Source: Antechinus flavipes | Lineage: Eukaryota | Assembly: GCF_016432865.1 (NCBI RefSeq) | Contig: NC_067400.1 | Span: 299,150,001 to 299,214,000, forward strand | Length of the DNA stretch: 64,000 nucleotides | Direction of reading: 5' to 3' | Shown here: positions 35,091 to 48,660 of the stretch, piece after piece | How positions within the stretch are numbered: position 1 is the stretch's first letter | How the letters are laid out: the number at the start of each line of letters is the position of its first letter | Program-made: the position numbers and the translations under genes | The notes under the pieces: model-generated | The model's database searches: none | Told to the model about the DNA's origin: nothing | The model's input: only the letters and a program-made list of their open reading frames with translations

Positions 35091-38000
35091 TCAGGGAATT
35101 GGGGAAGATATGATACATTCTTAGCAGAAAATTAGGCTGGAATGTGTAGTCTGTCTTTGAAATAAGGAATATAACCAATATTTGCAAATAGAATTTTTAA
35201 AATGATATAAAACTCAGATTTGGACTCTAAATTATTGAATGAGATTTCCTTGTCAAAGATTACATACATTTTCTCTTTGGACAAAACCATGTATATAGGT
35301 TATCACATCCTATCTTCTTCAAGCTTGATCTATTTCTTCTATGAAGATGTTGATGTTTCTCCATTTTTAACTTCCTGATTCACCTGGAACACCACAGACT
35401 TTTGAATAAACTGCTCCAGTAGGTTGGACATATAGAAAACAAAGAATGGGTTAAATTCATATTTGTTAAATTCAACTATTTTATAGATAGTGTAGACAAT
35501 AAGATTTCTTAATCAAACTAGCCAAAATAATGTATATTGAGAGGCAAGCAGTAGCTTTAAGACTGGAGAAAAGGACTGTACTTTTGTAATAATAGAAGGA
35601 ATTCCTTATATCAATGAAATCACAAGTTCCAACCAAAAGTTTTTAAAGAGCTAGATATTGGGCATATCAAGACAAAAATGTTTCCTCAACTTGCTTTCTC
35701 CTAGATGATTTTAAGAAAAGTCATATACAAATAGCTAAAGGGAATGGTACTGATGCCATTATTCCATTTACTAAAAACAATGTTTATATGTTTAAATCCG
35801 GGGAAATGGTGTTTCATGTAACTTTTCTTCCTATAATTTGTAAATATACATTAAGCATTTCCTGAAAACTTCCTCTTCGCAGTCTCCAGTTTCCATATAA
35901 CTCACAAATGTAGCAATAAAGAAGCTAATATGTATGAGTACTGGAGTGAAGATTATGGGTATCAGAATGAAAATTTGTGTATTGTGCCTTCTAATCAACC
36001 TTTATAAATTTCTTTCTGGAGCTACTTTTACTTGCTGGATACTCTTTAATTTAGTCATTCTCTTGCTTTTTTCCTCCCTTCAGGTATTTTTGCCAAAAAA
36101 GGTTACAAAGCCTAAAAATGACTTTTTAATTTTTAAAAAATTATTGTGGCACCAATAAATCTTTTTCTCCTTCAATCCGTTTTCTCTACATTCTCGCCAT
36201 CTTTTTCAGACTCCTGCCATTGTAAAAGTGTAAAAGTGAAGTACTTTGGGGAAAGTGGGATATTTAGAATGAGTTCTAGGAAACATTTTCCCTAGCATCA
36301 GCAATCTGAAATCTCAGGTCAATAGGCCGAAAATGATCACATAAAATGAAATCCCCTGCAGGGGAAGATAAGATGACTCTTCTGATTTTATAACCATCCC
36401 ACTTAGAGATCTTGAGCTCTCTGTAATTTTATGAAAGGTCAGTCATATTATGGGGGCTTTGGAAAGAGGTAAAGAAGAAGTAACTCTGGGAATTCAAGTT
36501 TCTAAGGGATTCCTGGGGAATGGAAAGAGAATAGGTAAGACCTATATCCAAGTAAGGTTGTTTTTTTAAATTAATTTTTTTGAGGAAGTTCTTTGTATTT
36601 TTTTTAAGTTCTACATGGTCATGAAACTGGCTTAGAAATGTTTTTTCCCTATGATAAAATATATGAAACGTCTTACTTGATCGTATCTGGTCTTTTCCAT
36701 CATTCCCACCAAATGATATGCATGATACTGGGAACCATGAGACAGGCTTAGCCATCTAGAAGTCAAACACCTGAGAGAAAACAATACAAACTTATCTAGA
36801 CAAAGGAATATGTGCAATGCTCAATAGGTTTTGGGGAAGAGGGATTTACTTGAATTCTGTGATTTCATAGGTTTAAGAAATTCCTGATGAAAATTCCATC
36901 AGCACAGAGGGATAATTCATATAACTTCTAGTTTTGGTTGCCTGGTACACTTGAGAAATTAGATGACTTGTCCATATGTTTTGAAAACATATGGTATCTG
37001 TTCTAAGGCCCGGATTCTATTCACTGTGCCATGCTATCCCATAAATAATGGAAGATCACTATTCCTTCATTGCCACACATTCCAAATAGTCATCAAGAGG
37101 ATTCACCAATATAAATGCTTCAGGAAAAAAAAAGTCTTTAAAAAAACCAAACATATTCTTGCCTCCTTTTAAGGAATATTATTACACTTCAAATGAATAA
37201 ATACTGGCAAAAATACTTAGCAGCATTGGAATTTATTTGAAAGCTCCACTTTTTCCCCATGTTGTAGTGTTTGCATTTTGCTGGATATTTGACTATTAAT
37301 TTTTCATTTAGAATTTTGTAGAACAATATATAGCATGTATATGGAACTCAGGATAAGTTAGACATTTTTGCCAACTACTCCATTTATATAATATCAACTC
37401 CCTAATTTAGACTTGTTCAACCAAAATTCCATCATTATGTCCCTTTTTAATGAACCATATCTTTAAGGCCCTTTGATTTAAAAACTTATGACCATCATCT
37501 TTCGTCTTCAACTAATTTGCTTTTACCTGGTTCCAAAAGGTCTTTTTGGGAAGCTCAAACCTCATTTCCATTAAGTTGCTTGTACTGTGTCACCATGTCA
37601 GTGTCATACAACTGTCTGCTTTTTGATGAATTGTGAAAAATAGTTCCATAATACTTCAGTGTCTCCTGTCAAGAAAATAAAGCATTTCATTTTCCCCCCA
37701 ACACTCATCCTCTAGGAACCCATAGTACAGGAAAAGCTATGTCTGCTTTCATCATTCCTCAAATCCCTTTGGTTCATATAAAGTAGATCATTTACACTCT
37801 ACCATATAAATAACCTTTCATAAAGGCAAAGATTGAAGGCTACCTTTCAAGCCATGAAGGAATCCTCTACTATTCTGGGCTAATTTAACCAGTCTGTTCT
37901 TCAATTAGGATTCTGGTATCTGCAGAAGTAGTTTGATTTGTAGTGAATTAGCTAATGGATTTGGGTGTAGAACACAAAAAAATTAGAACAAAGATTTTCT

Positions 38001-39722
38001 GCCACAATTTTTTGAATTTCAAACATATTCTAGTGTAGAGATTGGTCATGACATGTAGAAGGCAGTTAATAAATGCTTGTTGATTTGCTTATTTGTTGGC
38101 TTGGGACTAGAAGTCGGTAAGATAATAGTACTGATACCTAAAAATTCTGACCTTATGGAAATTTTCACTACTGGGCTGCCATCTTTTCAAGGTAATCCAT
38201 TGACTTCACATATTTATCATAGGTAAATTTTTAGTTTGTACTTTAATTTCCCAAAGTCTTGCTTAAAATTCTTTTGAGCTATTATTTTTTCACTGAGTAT
38301 AGTTGTATATTTTTCTGGTAAAAGGCACCATTAAATCCTGGTGAGCTCTGGGAGGATGGAGTCTCTTTTGTGGATAGGGCGAAATGTATGCTGTCGTAAC
38401 TCTGTTTGGGTTTTGAAATTGGGCATATTCCAAGAACACCACAATTCTAATCCTGCCCATTCATTCCAGGGACTTTGTTGGGATTACTTACCCTTTGGAA
38501 GCACTGAAGGATTTATCTACTTTGTTTAAGCTATTTATTCAGTTTGGTATTGTCATGGCCAAATCCCCTGTTCTAGGAGAAAGCAGGTAAAGTCAATTTC
38601 TCCTTTTAACTGGAGAAATTCCTATTTTAAGAGCCAAGGTTATTTCCACTTAGTTATGCTAAATGCACTGTAATTTATGCATGAATTCAGATGGAATTGT
38701 AGAAGTTAAAAGAGCTTCATTTGAAGTTCATCAGGAACTTGATCTGTACCCCCCAAAGACTTCGTCACTTAAAAGTTGTATGTTGCCAGGCGCCAGGTCT
38801 TCCATCTTAGTATCACAGATGTTCTGCTTTTAAAGAATCCTGGCAGATATGCGTGCCACAATATTTATTCAGAGCCCAAAGTGTGTAAAGAGAAAGCACA
38901 GAGTATTGAGGGCAGTATAAAAGAAAAGACGGGTCCAAGCCTTCAAATACTTAACAGCAAGCCATCTGAAATGGCACCTTAAAATTTCCTTGACTGTTCT
39001 GATTAGAAATAAAAGGGTGAGTGTTAAACCTTCCCGAGGGCATTGTCCTGGAAAGAATTTTGCATGGGCTTTTTCCCCCTTGCATAAATTATTTTCTTTT
39101 AAAAATCATTCCTTTTTTTTTTTTTCCCTACCTACGCAAGCAATATTCCATATGCCTCCCTTTAAAAAACATGATTTTCTGCTCTTGGGCATGCACTTTT
39201 CACTTCCTTTTCAGAGATGTTTTTTTGGTGTGTGTGACATTCTAGCCTGCCACCACCGCCTCTTCCTCTACCAAATATCTATTTTAGAGAGAAATCTGTC
39301 CCTCCTTTGGAGTATACTTCAGGGAGAAGCATCCATAATTGTAGTGGCAAGATGAACTGAGTCATAAATTGGCTGCTGAATAATATTCACTGGGAAACAG
39401 AGAGGTCTTGCCTTCATGCAGGGATACAGCAGAACATAGAATGAGAAAGCATGGCCTAGAAGTTCTGTTAGACAATGGGCACAGAAATGCCCCTTCTAGG
39501 ATGTTTGCTCCCTTCCCTGCTGTGGAATGCCGCCAGGAGAGCCTTCAGAGCCTTGGAATATAACTGTGATTTCCAAGATTAAACTGCTGTGACGCTTATT
39601 TTTACTCTAAGCTTCCAACTATCAGTCAGATCTTCCCAGACTTCTCCCACTTCTTTCCTAAATTAATAATACGTGCACGAAGTGCCTAAGTTGATGGATA
39701 AACAATAAGAGATGTCTATTTT

Positions 39723-39873
39723 TCCCTTTTTTTTCTTGAGGCAATTGGAGTTAAGTGACTTGCCCAGGGTCACACAGCTAGGACCTGTTAAGTATCTGAA
39801 CCCAGATTTGAACTCAGGTCCTTCTGACTTCAGGGCTGGTGCTCTATGTACTGCACCACTTTGCTGCCCCAGG
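39723..39873 (-). mobile_element. Full-length WSINE1-type SINE with a perfect 12-bp TSD
   Basis: gaggcaattggagttaagtgacttgcccagggtcacacagctag...tttgctgcccc; TSD gatgtctatttt at 39711-39722 and 39874-39885. Confidence 0.9.
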
Positions 39874-39889
39874 GATGTCTATTTTAATA

Positions 39890-40940
39890 GTGCTTTAAGA
39901 AAGAATAGACAGCTGGCTGGTGATCAGGTGGATAGAGAGTACTGGACATGAAGACAAAAAGAATTGAGTTCAAATCCAGTCTCAAACACTTGCTGGCTGT
40001 GTAATCCTGGACAAGTCATTTCTATCTCTCTTTTCCCATCTATAAAATGAGGATTAATAATAGCACATACTTGTCCTAAGGAGATGAGATATTTGCAAGA
40101 GCTCTTACGGAGTACCTAGTATATAGTGGCTCTATCTAATGCTCATAGGGCAGTTAGTTGGTACAGTGGATTATTGGGCTTGGAATTAGGTAAATGTATC
40201 CTCCTGACTTCAAATCCAGCCTCAGGCATTTATTAGTTGTGTGACCCTGGATAAGTCACTTAACCCTGTTTATCTCAATTTCCTCATGAGTAAAATGAGC
40301 TGGAGAGGGAAATGACAAACCACTCCAGCATCTCTGCCAAGAAAACTCCAAATAGGGTCAGGAAGAATTGTAAGCAAGTAAACAACATAAAAATGTTTGT
40401 TCATGTCTCCCATCCCTACCTTCTAGGATTTTTTATGGGAATAAAATGAGAATATTTCTGAAGTACTACATAAAAGCATAGTAAACATATAACATTGTGT
40501 ACCAGGTGCTGTGCTAAGTATTTTACAATTTGATCCTCACAACAACCCTGTGAAGGAAGTTCTATTATCATTCCCTTTTACAGATGAGGAAATTGAGACA
40601 TTTTAAATGAATTTTACAGATAAAGAAATTTTGACACACAGATTTTAAATGACTTAAATGATATTAAATGACTTATTTAAATGACTGGGTCATAACTGTG
40701 TGTGTGGCCAGAATTGAATTCAAATCTTCTTGGCTCCAGACCAGGTACTCCCTTCTCTGTACCACCTATCATTCTACCTACTTGTACCTACCATTCTACA
40801 TGGGGGTTCCAAAATGCTTTTGTATAAATTTTTTTTTCATTGCATCATTCCAACAACCCTGAAGGGGCAAGTTGCCCTAATGTAGGGGCAAGTATTATGA
40901 TCCCTGTTCAACTGATGAGGAAGTTGAGACCCAGATACGT
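39890..40940. mobile_element. SINE cluster: MIR (+, ~39890-40145), MAR1 (+, ~40146-40387), MIR (-, ~40470-40780), MIR fragment (-, ~40850-40940)
   Basis: Repeated CORE motifs on both strands; MAR1 tail ggaaatgacaaaccactccagcatctctgccaagaaaactccaaatagggtc. Confidence 0.8.
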
Positions 40941-40942
40941 TA

Positions 40943-41533
40943 AAGTGGTTTCTGGAAAGCCACCCAAAGTCGATTCCAAATTCAGAGTTCTGCTACAGAA
41001 ACTGTTATCCCTTCAACTTCCCACCTGTTTTATGTGGAAATATTTCACACACTGCAAATGTGAACAAGAGGCTAAAACAAAGAGATTCAGGTTATTGTGG
41101 ACCACCAAAGGTTCAGTTGTCACAGACCTTGGTCCAGTTGAGAGAGCATTGACCTTGGAATCAGAGGACTTGGGGTCAAATGGTTCCTCATTCTCATACT
41201 ACCCTTGTAGCAGCATTTATTAAGCAAGTGGTTTCTTGAAAGCCACCCAAGTAGGAAAGTCAACTGACTCCAGCTTCAGAGATCTGCTACAGGAACTCAT
41301 ATCCCTTCAACTTCCCACCTGTTTTTTAATGGAAATAACACGGTTATGTCACACACTACAAATATGAACAAGAGGCTAAAACTAAGAGAGTCAGGTTATT
41401 GTGGACCACCAAAGGTTCCAGTTCCAGGTGTCACAAACCTTAATGCAGTTAAGAGAGCATTGACCTTGGAATTGGAGAACTTGGAGTCAAATCATTCCTC
41501 AATCTCATACTACCCTTGCATTAGCATTATTAG
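40943..41533. repeat. Tandem duplication of ~283 bp + ~308 bp
   Basis: Both units start aagtggtttc (40943, 41226) and share long identical blocks. Confidence 0.95.
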
Positions 41534-41689
41534 GCTCCTATATATCAAACAGTGCATATGTAAGTATCTAGAAAATTTGTTTCCAAACATCCTTTTCAAA
41601 AACCAATGGCATTACAGGTGATGTCTTGACTGACACATGAATTGATTTTAAGCAATGCTGAGTTACACAAAGCATCAGTCTCATTCTCC

Positions 41690-42010
41690 ATGAGCCAATG
41701 AAGGACGAAAGTCAAGAAATACAAGATAGTGTAAAAGGAAGGGCACTAGGAATGGAATGATAAGGAAAGGCTCCTCATAAAAGGCAATGTTTTGAGTTGT
41801 GTCTTGATGGAAAGAGTTCTATAAATCAAAGGGGAAGGAGAGCATTCAGGGTGTGGACCATGGCCAGTCAAAGACCTAGAGATGGGAAGAGTATCGTGTG
41901 TGATACTAAGCACTTGTCTGCTCCTCTGTTTTTCATCTGTAACATGAGGGAGATGGATTGGGTGGCCTCTAATATCCCTTCTAGTTCTAAATCTACAATC
42001 CTATGAAAAT
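41690..42010. mobile_element. L2 fragment (-) followed by MIR3-like fragment (+)
   Basis: ttttgagttgtgtcttgatggaaa...ggagagcattcagggtgtgg; ttttcatctgtaacatgagg...cccttctagttctaaatct. Confidence 0.65.
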
Positions 42011-43839
42011 GATGCTTTCCATTTCTGTTGGCATATTTGCTTCCAAAGCACATTTCTCTGGGCTCCGTGCCACAAGATTGTATGCAAAATATTTATATTA
42101 ATTTTATAGACTCTATTTTGCTCTCCTGAGGGTGTCCATGTAGATAAGCCAGATTCATAAATCATCTAAAAAGAGGACCACCATTCAATCTCATTGCTTT
42201 GTGCATCCCAGAGTTGGAGCGCACCCATTTGTCATTTGCTTCTGTGAACCTGCAGGTTTATTTTTTCTCCATGAGAAGCTATCTCCCTTCCAAATCACTG
42301 AAACAGCCAAAATTCCACCATCCACAAGAACCTTGAGGAGCTCTTGGATAACCTTAGTTGGGCCAAGCTCTCCTCCATCCTGTGATTAGCTGGCCATGAG
42401 ATATTCTCCTGAGAAGTCTAAATCAGCTATGTTTCAAATTATTTCAGAGGACAGTTTCTCCCTTACTTACTTGAGGAAATTGGCCCATCCAGAAAAAGAA
42501 AGGAATTTTTGAATTGGGGTAGTGAAAAGTAATTGAAATATATAACTAGTCAAAAAGCATTAGACCAAAAAGTATAGATAGCCTTTCTGAATTTCAGCAT
42601 AAATCATAAAAACAAGCATCCTTTCTTACTTTGGAATTAGGAATTTTTTTTCTTTTTGTTGAAAGATTGAGTGGTATTGAAATTTTTGCATCAGAAAAGT
42701 GCCTGAAACCTCCACTTGTGAAAGCAGCTTCTTGGAAATTCAGATAATGTTTTAGAAAACTATCTCTTCTCTTTTAGGATACTCAGTGACCATTAATAAC
42801 TGATATAACTAGAATAAGCATTTTGAGCTTTTAGGAAGAAAGAGTCAATTCAATTATTTACAACCTGGACCAAATTCAGCAAATTTCTGCTTCCAAGTCC
42901 TTATTGACATCATCACCTCAATTAAATGCCTTGCTGGCGTAAACAGTGTCTTTGTTTAATCTAATTGAGCAAGAGCTGAAAAGGCCTTTTAAATCAAAAC
43001 AATGATCTATCGGCTCCTGAGAGTATCAGCAATGAGAATCCAACATTATCATGGACTGACCCTTTACATCAATCAGAAAAGATACAGATGACCCCTAAAA
43101 TGGCACAGAGAACAGAGAAAAACCTTAGTGGGACAAAACAGGACAGGGAGATGAAGCAGTCAGAGCTTTATATTGTGGTTTAATGTTTCTATTTAAAGCA
43201 TTATGAATTCCTACGCTATTAAATCTATATTAAATGTAAGATTTGGTCTATTAGGTTTTTTTTTAATCCTCAAGGGATCAAGTAGATAGGGTTTTGGATC
43301 ATCCACATCATTGGTCTGCTTCATTATTATGGATAATTGAGAACTGAATGGACAATATAAATCCATAGTATTGTTATTGCCACTATGATTTGACTATTCT
43401 AGGGCACTAAATGGTACTCTTGTGTCCTGAGAGACAATGCAACTTTTCAGAGGTGACTAATGTATTCCCAGGGAGTGGTTTTCACAGAGAATCCAAGTCT
43501 TTATGGTAAAATATAAAGAGAAAATCGACTGGCTTATGGTCAGAGGGTAGCTAATACTCTTTGCCTGAGGCTGGTGACAGTGTACTTGCTATATTCTTCA
43601 TATGGTCATCTGAGTGGGGTTGTGCTTCTTGATGAGGTGACTCATAACACCTTGTGATGCTTGAATGGAATACTTCGTGCATTCATTTTTCATTAAAAAT
43701 ATCCAAATGGTCATCACCATTGTTACAGTAATCGAAGCCTGCCATGATATGGAGTTGGCGGGGATGTGGTCAATTTCAAAGCAGTTTCATTGCATTATTA
43801 AAATCAATGGTATCTAGTGAAACTGTGGAGGACCAAATG

Positions 43840-44045
43840 AGACGCATTATGGTTTAGTGGGAAGAGCACTAGACGTAGAGTGAGTGAATGTGGGTTCACA
43901 TCCTGCCTCTTTCATTTATTCCCTATTCCCTATGTGACCTTGAGCTAGTTCTATGGAACTATTTTATTCATCTGTAGAATGATAAAAATGAAAGTAGGAG
44001 GTTCAAAAAAGTCCCTTCTGGCTCAAAATTTATAATTCTAATAAT
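43840..44045 (+). mobile_element. MIR3-like SINE
   Basis: tagtgggaagagcactagac...tgtgaccttgagc...gtcccttctggctcaaaat. Confidence 0.75.
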
Positions 44046-44719
44046 CTCTATTTCTTTGAATGACATAGATTAGATGCCACTACTGGATTTGCCTATTTTA
44101 TGTATTTTCCTAGATGTTCAACCCCTAATGGGAAAATTATGCATGGCACTATCTCCGTAATAGTATACTGGTTACATAATGTGGTGACTGAATTTTATTA
44201 GCTTTATAGTATTTGGAGATCTTGGAGGCATAATCACAAAAAAAAATTGTTGCTGCTAACAAAAATTGCTTGAAATTAATTTTGAAAATAAAGACATTAA
44301 TAGTCTCAGGTATAAAATGACATCATTCCAGAGAAATTACAAAACTTCTTCAGAAATCTTTTTTTTTTAATAGCATCTATTTTATAAGTATAGCCAAGTG
44401 CCCCAAACCTAGTGGCTCTGAATTATAAGTAAGAGAATATGTACTTTAGTTATTAATAAGCTAAGAGGATTATCCCTTTAACTCATTTTTAAGACCCGAA
44501 ACTTCAAATGACAAGTCATTTATTTGTGTTTTTGACCAGGAGTTAAGTTTTGCTTTTCTTGCAAGATGGTACCTCTCTGACCTTTCTGTTTGTGGCTGAT
44601 TCTATAAGATAAGCACAGAGTAGCAAAGGCCCCAGCCAAGGGACCAGATGCCACTCTTAATCTCCAAGTATACCTCACACTCACAGTAAATGCTTGGCCA
44701 TATGGCTCAAGGGCAGAGA

Positions 44720-45300
44720 TTATAGAATCCTAGATTTAGAACCAGAAGGTTTAGAGGTAGTTCACTTCTCTCATTCTATAGAAAAAGAAAATGAGGTGCA
44801 AAGAGGTGACTTGCCCAAAGTTATAAAGGTGATAGCCTAGATCAGGCAGGCAAGCAATAAAATTGATTAAACTCCTATTATGCACCAGGCACTGTGCCAA
44901 GGAATGGGTCAAGAAACTGATCTCAGGAGTTTAATCTAATAGGGGAGACAACAAACAAACAAGCTACAAGTACAGGAGATGATGGAGATAATCAACAGAG
45001 GGAAAGCACTAGAATTAAGTGGGGGAAGGATTCCTGTAGAAGGTAAGGTTGTAGCTAGGACTTGAAGGAATGTTGATTGCAGAGATGGGGAGGGAGAGAA
45101 TTCTAGATATGGGGGACAACCAGGGGAAATGCAGAATCAGGAGACTGAATGTCTTGCTTTAAGAACAGCTGGAAAGCCAATGTTATTGGATCACTCTGTG
45201 TGTGTGGGCTGGGGGGGGGGGTGAAGGGGAAGGATAAAAGGAGGGAGCTCCAAATAGAGCTTCTCTGATGACAAACTAGAACTCTCTTCATTCTATTCAC
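44720..45300 (-). mobile_element. MIR3-like fragment (~44720-44830) and L2 3' fragment (~44835-45300)
   Basis: gaggtgacttgcccaaag; tattatgcaccaggcactgtgcc...gagataatcaacagagggaaagcactag. Confidence 0.75.
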
Positions 45301-45814
45301 CAGGAATTATGGTGATCAAGCCATTTTCTTTGTAGCTAGGGAACCTTTCTTGCTACCATGAGCATATTTCATCAATGTCATCCCTATCAGCATCAAAGGA
45401 GACTTCCACCAATCGGTAGGTAGATAAACCAACCATATTTAGCAAGGGAGATTCTATTGAGAGAAAATGTTTGATGTTATTTCATAAAGTCAATTTCTCC
45501 CAGTAGCTATCTGCGACTAAAAGCACAAGGGTGTCTTCAGATGTACTCTGAAGCAAAACACAATTTGCATTTAAATATTTGAGTTAAACATATCTTCTGT
45601 TTGTGGAACACTAATACTGTTGACATTGTCCTACAGCAGTACTCTTAAGGGAATTGGAATCTGCCTGCACTATCAGTAGTCAACAAACTGTAAGTGGTAT
45701 TGTAATATAGGAAAAACAGAAGCTTCACTGTTGTTTATTACAACCCAACCATGATATTCCAATTGACACAGTCAAGAGAAATAATAACATCAGTATTATT
45801 GGTGAAATCACAGG

Positions 45815-46120
45815 ATCACAAGATTCAGAAATTGGAAAGGATCTTGGTAATCATTTTATTTATCCTACCTATGAAAGTATATCCATTATAACCTGTTGGG
45901 CAAATGATCATCTAGTGTCTGAGCTTGAAGATTGCCAAGAAAGGGAAATCTATCATCACCCAAGGCAAGTCATTCCATTTTGTATACTCTAATTATTGGG
46001 AAATTTTTCTTCACTTCAATCCTTGATTTTCTCCACATGGAGATCTCCCTCTGGGGATGCAGCCTTGCTATTTAAACTGAATTTTAAAAGTTCATCAGTA
46101 AGAAAGAATGGCCCAGTTAG
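45815..46120 (-). mobile_element. L3/CR1 3' fragment
   Basis: gaaattggaaaggatcttgg...cccaaggcaagtcattccattttg...ctaattattgggaaattttt matches the recalled reverse L3 3' end. Confidence 0.6.
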
Positions 46121-46239
46121 GGAAGAGAATAACATTCTTCTGAAAAAATACATTCATAACCCATCTGCATGGATCTCAAATTCAATTGACTTCTAAAAAT
46201 TTGGACAATTTCATTCCCCAAAGTCTTAAGAGACAAGAT

Positions 46240-48660
46240 AGCTCATCAATTGTATATTTATAGTATAGTTTTCTAAAACATGTCTTTCTAGCCACACTCT
46301 TTATCTTGCTTCAAACTGTTTCTATATGAATCTCTTGATTTAATAATTTCTCTATTTTTGCCCATTTTTGTTCCTTCTTTTATGTCATCCAGAGTAAGGT
46401 ATACCCCTCCTTCTTTCAAGACTAATCCCTCCACCTGTATTCGTAATTCCACTGACACTTCTGAAATCTTGTTCTCTCACTCTTTCAGTATTTACAATCT
46501 CAATCTCTTTCTCTCTCTTTCCCCCTTTTTCTCCCCAAATAAAGTATAAACATGTGCATATCTCATATTTGAAAAAAATTTAAGTTCCTTAAACCCTACT
46601 ATTTCCTCCAACTACTACTTTCATGCTATTTTCATTGCCAAATTTTTGAATAACTTTTATAAGCCTAAATTTCCCCAATATCCACTTGCTACTTTAATTC
46701 CTTGAATTGACTTTTGCCACTCTCCACATGATTAAAATTGTATTTGCCAAAGTCACCAGAGATCCAATGATTTTTTTCTTTGTTTTTTTTCTCCTTAATC
46801 TAGTAATATTCCACTATGTTGATCACTCCCTCATAAAAATTGTTTCCTCCCTTATTTCCATAACATTGTCCCTCATAAAAATTGTTTCCTCCCTTATTTC
46901 CATGACATTATACTGTCTTACTTTGGTCTCAATTCCCTGGTTGTACCTTTTCTGTCTCTTTCACAATGCCCATATTCTCGAACTTCCATTCTTGCTCCAT
47001 TTCTTTTCTTCTTTTCACTTCCTCTCACAGATACTGACCAAGTCTCTGAACTCTGGATTGAGTACTGTAACTATCTTTTTGAAGCCAGTGGTCTACGTAG
47101 CTATATCACCTGATCTGCATCCCAAGATTTAGTCCTTTACCTCTAGCTGTTCAATAGATATGGGCACCTGCATGTCAATCAAGCAGCCAATGTACATGCA
47201 TTCATTAAGTATCTACTATGTGCCACATATTGAGCTAAGCACTGGGAATAATACAAAGACAATTTTTTAAATGTACTCTCTTTATTTCAAGAATCTTACA
47301 TTTTAATGGGAGAGATAATGGATACAGAGAAAAGCAACTATGTATCTACTATAAAGAATGTTGCTGTTCAGTTGTATCTAACTTTTCAATGACTCCATTT
47401 GGGGTTTTCTTGGCAAAGATACTGGAGTGATTTGGCATTTCCTTCCCCAGCTCATTTTACAGATAAGGAAACTGAGGTAAGCAGAGTTAAATGACTTGCC
47501 CAAGGTCATCCAGCTAGTAAGTATCTGAGGCTAGATTTGAACTTAGGAAGATCTTCCTGACTTCAGCCCCAGCATTCTATCCACTGTGCTACCTAGCTGT
47601 CTATAACACATAGATTAGATATAAAATAATCTTAGAAGTGAAGATACTTATAGCTGGGTAGGACCTGAAGAAAATGGCATTTGTGGTGAAACTTAAATGT
47701 TAGCTTACCTTAGCTAACTTACTTAGCTACCTACATGGTAGTGGATATTGTCGGAATGGAAGTCGGGAAGATTTGAGTTCAAATGCAGCCTCAGACACTA
47801 ACTGTGTGACCCAGGATTAGCTCTTTAACCTTTCTCAGTTTCTCTTTCCTCATTAAGGACAGGTGGACAATAATTGCACCTAACTCCCGGTTGTTGTGAA
47901 AATCAAATGAGAATGGATTTGTAAAGCACTTTGAAAAATTTTAAAGACTACAGGTATTAGCTATTACTTTTGCTGGTGGAATTCAGGGATTCTAAAAAAT
48001 AGAGGTGAGGGAGGAAAGCATTTCTAACATTTCCAAGGCACAGAAACAAGAGAGTATTTTGAGTGACGAACAAGTAGACTACCATGATTGGAACATAAAG
48101 AGTACAAAAGGGAGTCTTGTGTAAGAAGACTGGAAAGATAAAGTCCAGTTTGGAAAGGCCTTTCAGTGCCAAAAGGAGACATGGTTGATCTGAGAATTAA
48201 CAGAAAGCTAATGGTATCTGTTGAGTAGGAGATGACATGACCCCAATAGTGCTTTATCCCTTTAGCATCTGTGTGGATGATACATTGGAGTGGAGAGATA
48301 ACCTCTAATCCATCATGTCTAAAACTAACCACCTCACCTTTTCCCCAAAATCAATTGTGTTGGGACTTCTTGTTTTCTTTCTGAAGTGTTATTTTTCCCC
48401 ATTAGCTAGCCTTGGGAGTCAGCCTTTTACTTGGTTCCTCTTCTGTCTCCTCCATTATCTACTTAGTCATAAGCCCTGTTGCTGCTTCTTTTGTAATATC
48501 TCATATTCATTTCTTCCTTCCACTCTCCCCATTCTTCCCATCCTTGTTTAAGTCTTTTTCAGCTTCTGCCTGGACTATTATAACCCCAGTCTTATAACTT
48601 ATATTCCTTGCTCTAGTCTTCACTGTTCGATCCTGTACATGGCTATATAACTGATCCTTC
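46240..48660 (+). mobile_element. L2 LINE RT/3' region (pieces ~46240-47170 and ~48300-48660), interrupted by L2 (-), MAR1 (-, ~47359-47601) and MIR (+, ~47735-47950)
   Basis: attgtatttgccaaagtcaccagagatc (cf. TAL.KVTNDL) and ccactatgttgatcactccctc (cf. FDTVDHSLL); nested SINE motifs in between. Confidence 0.75.
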
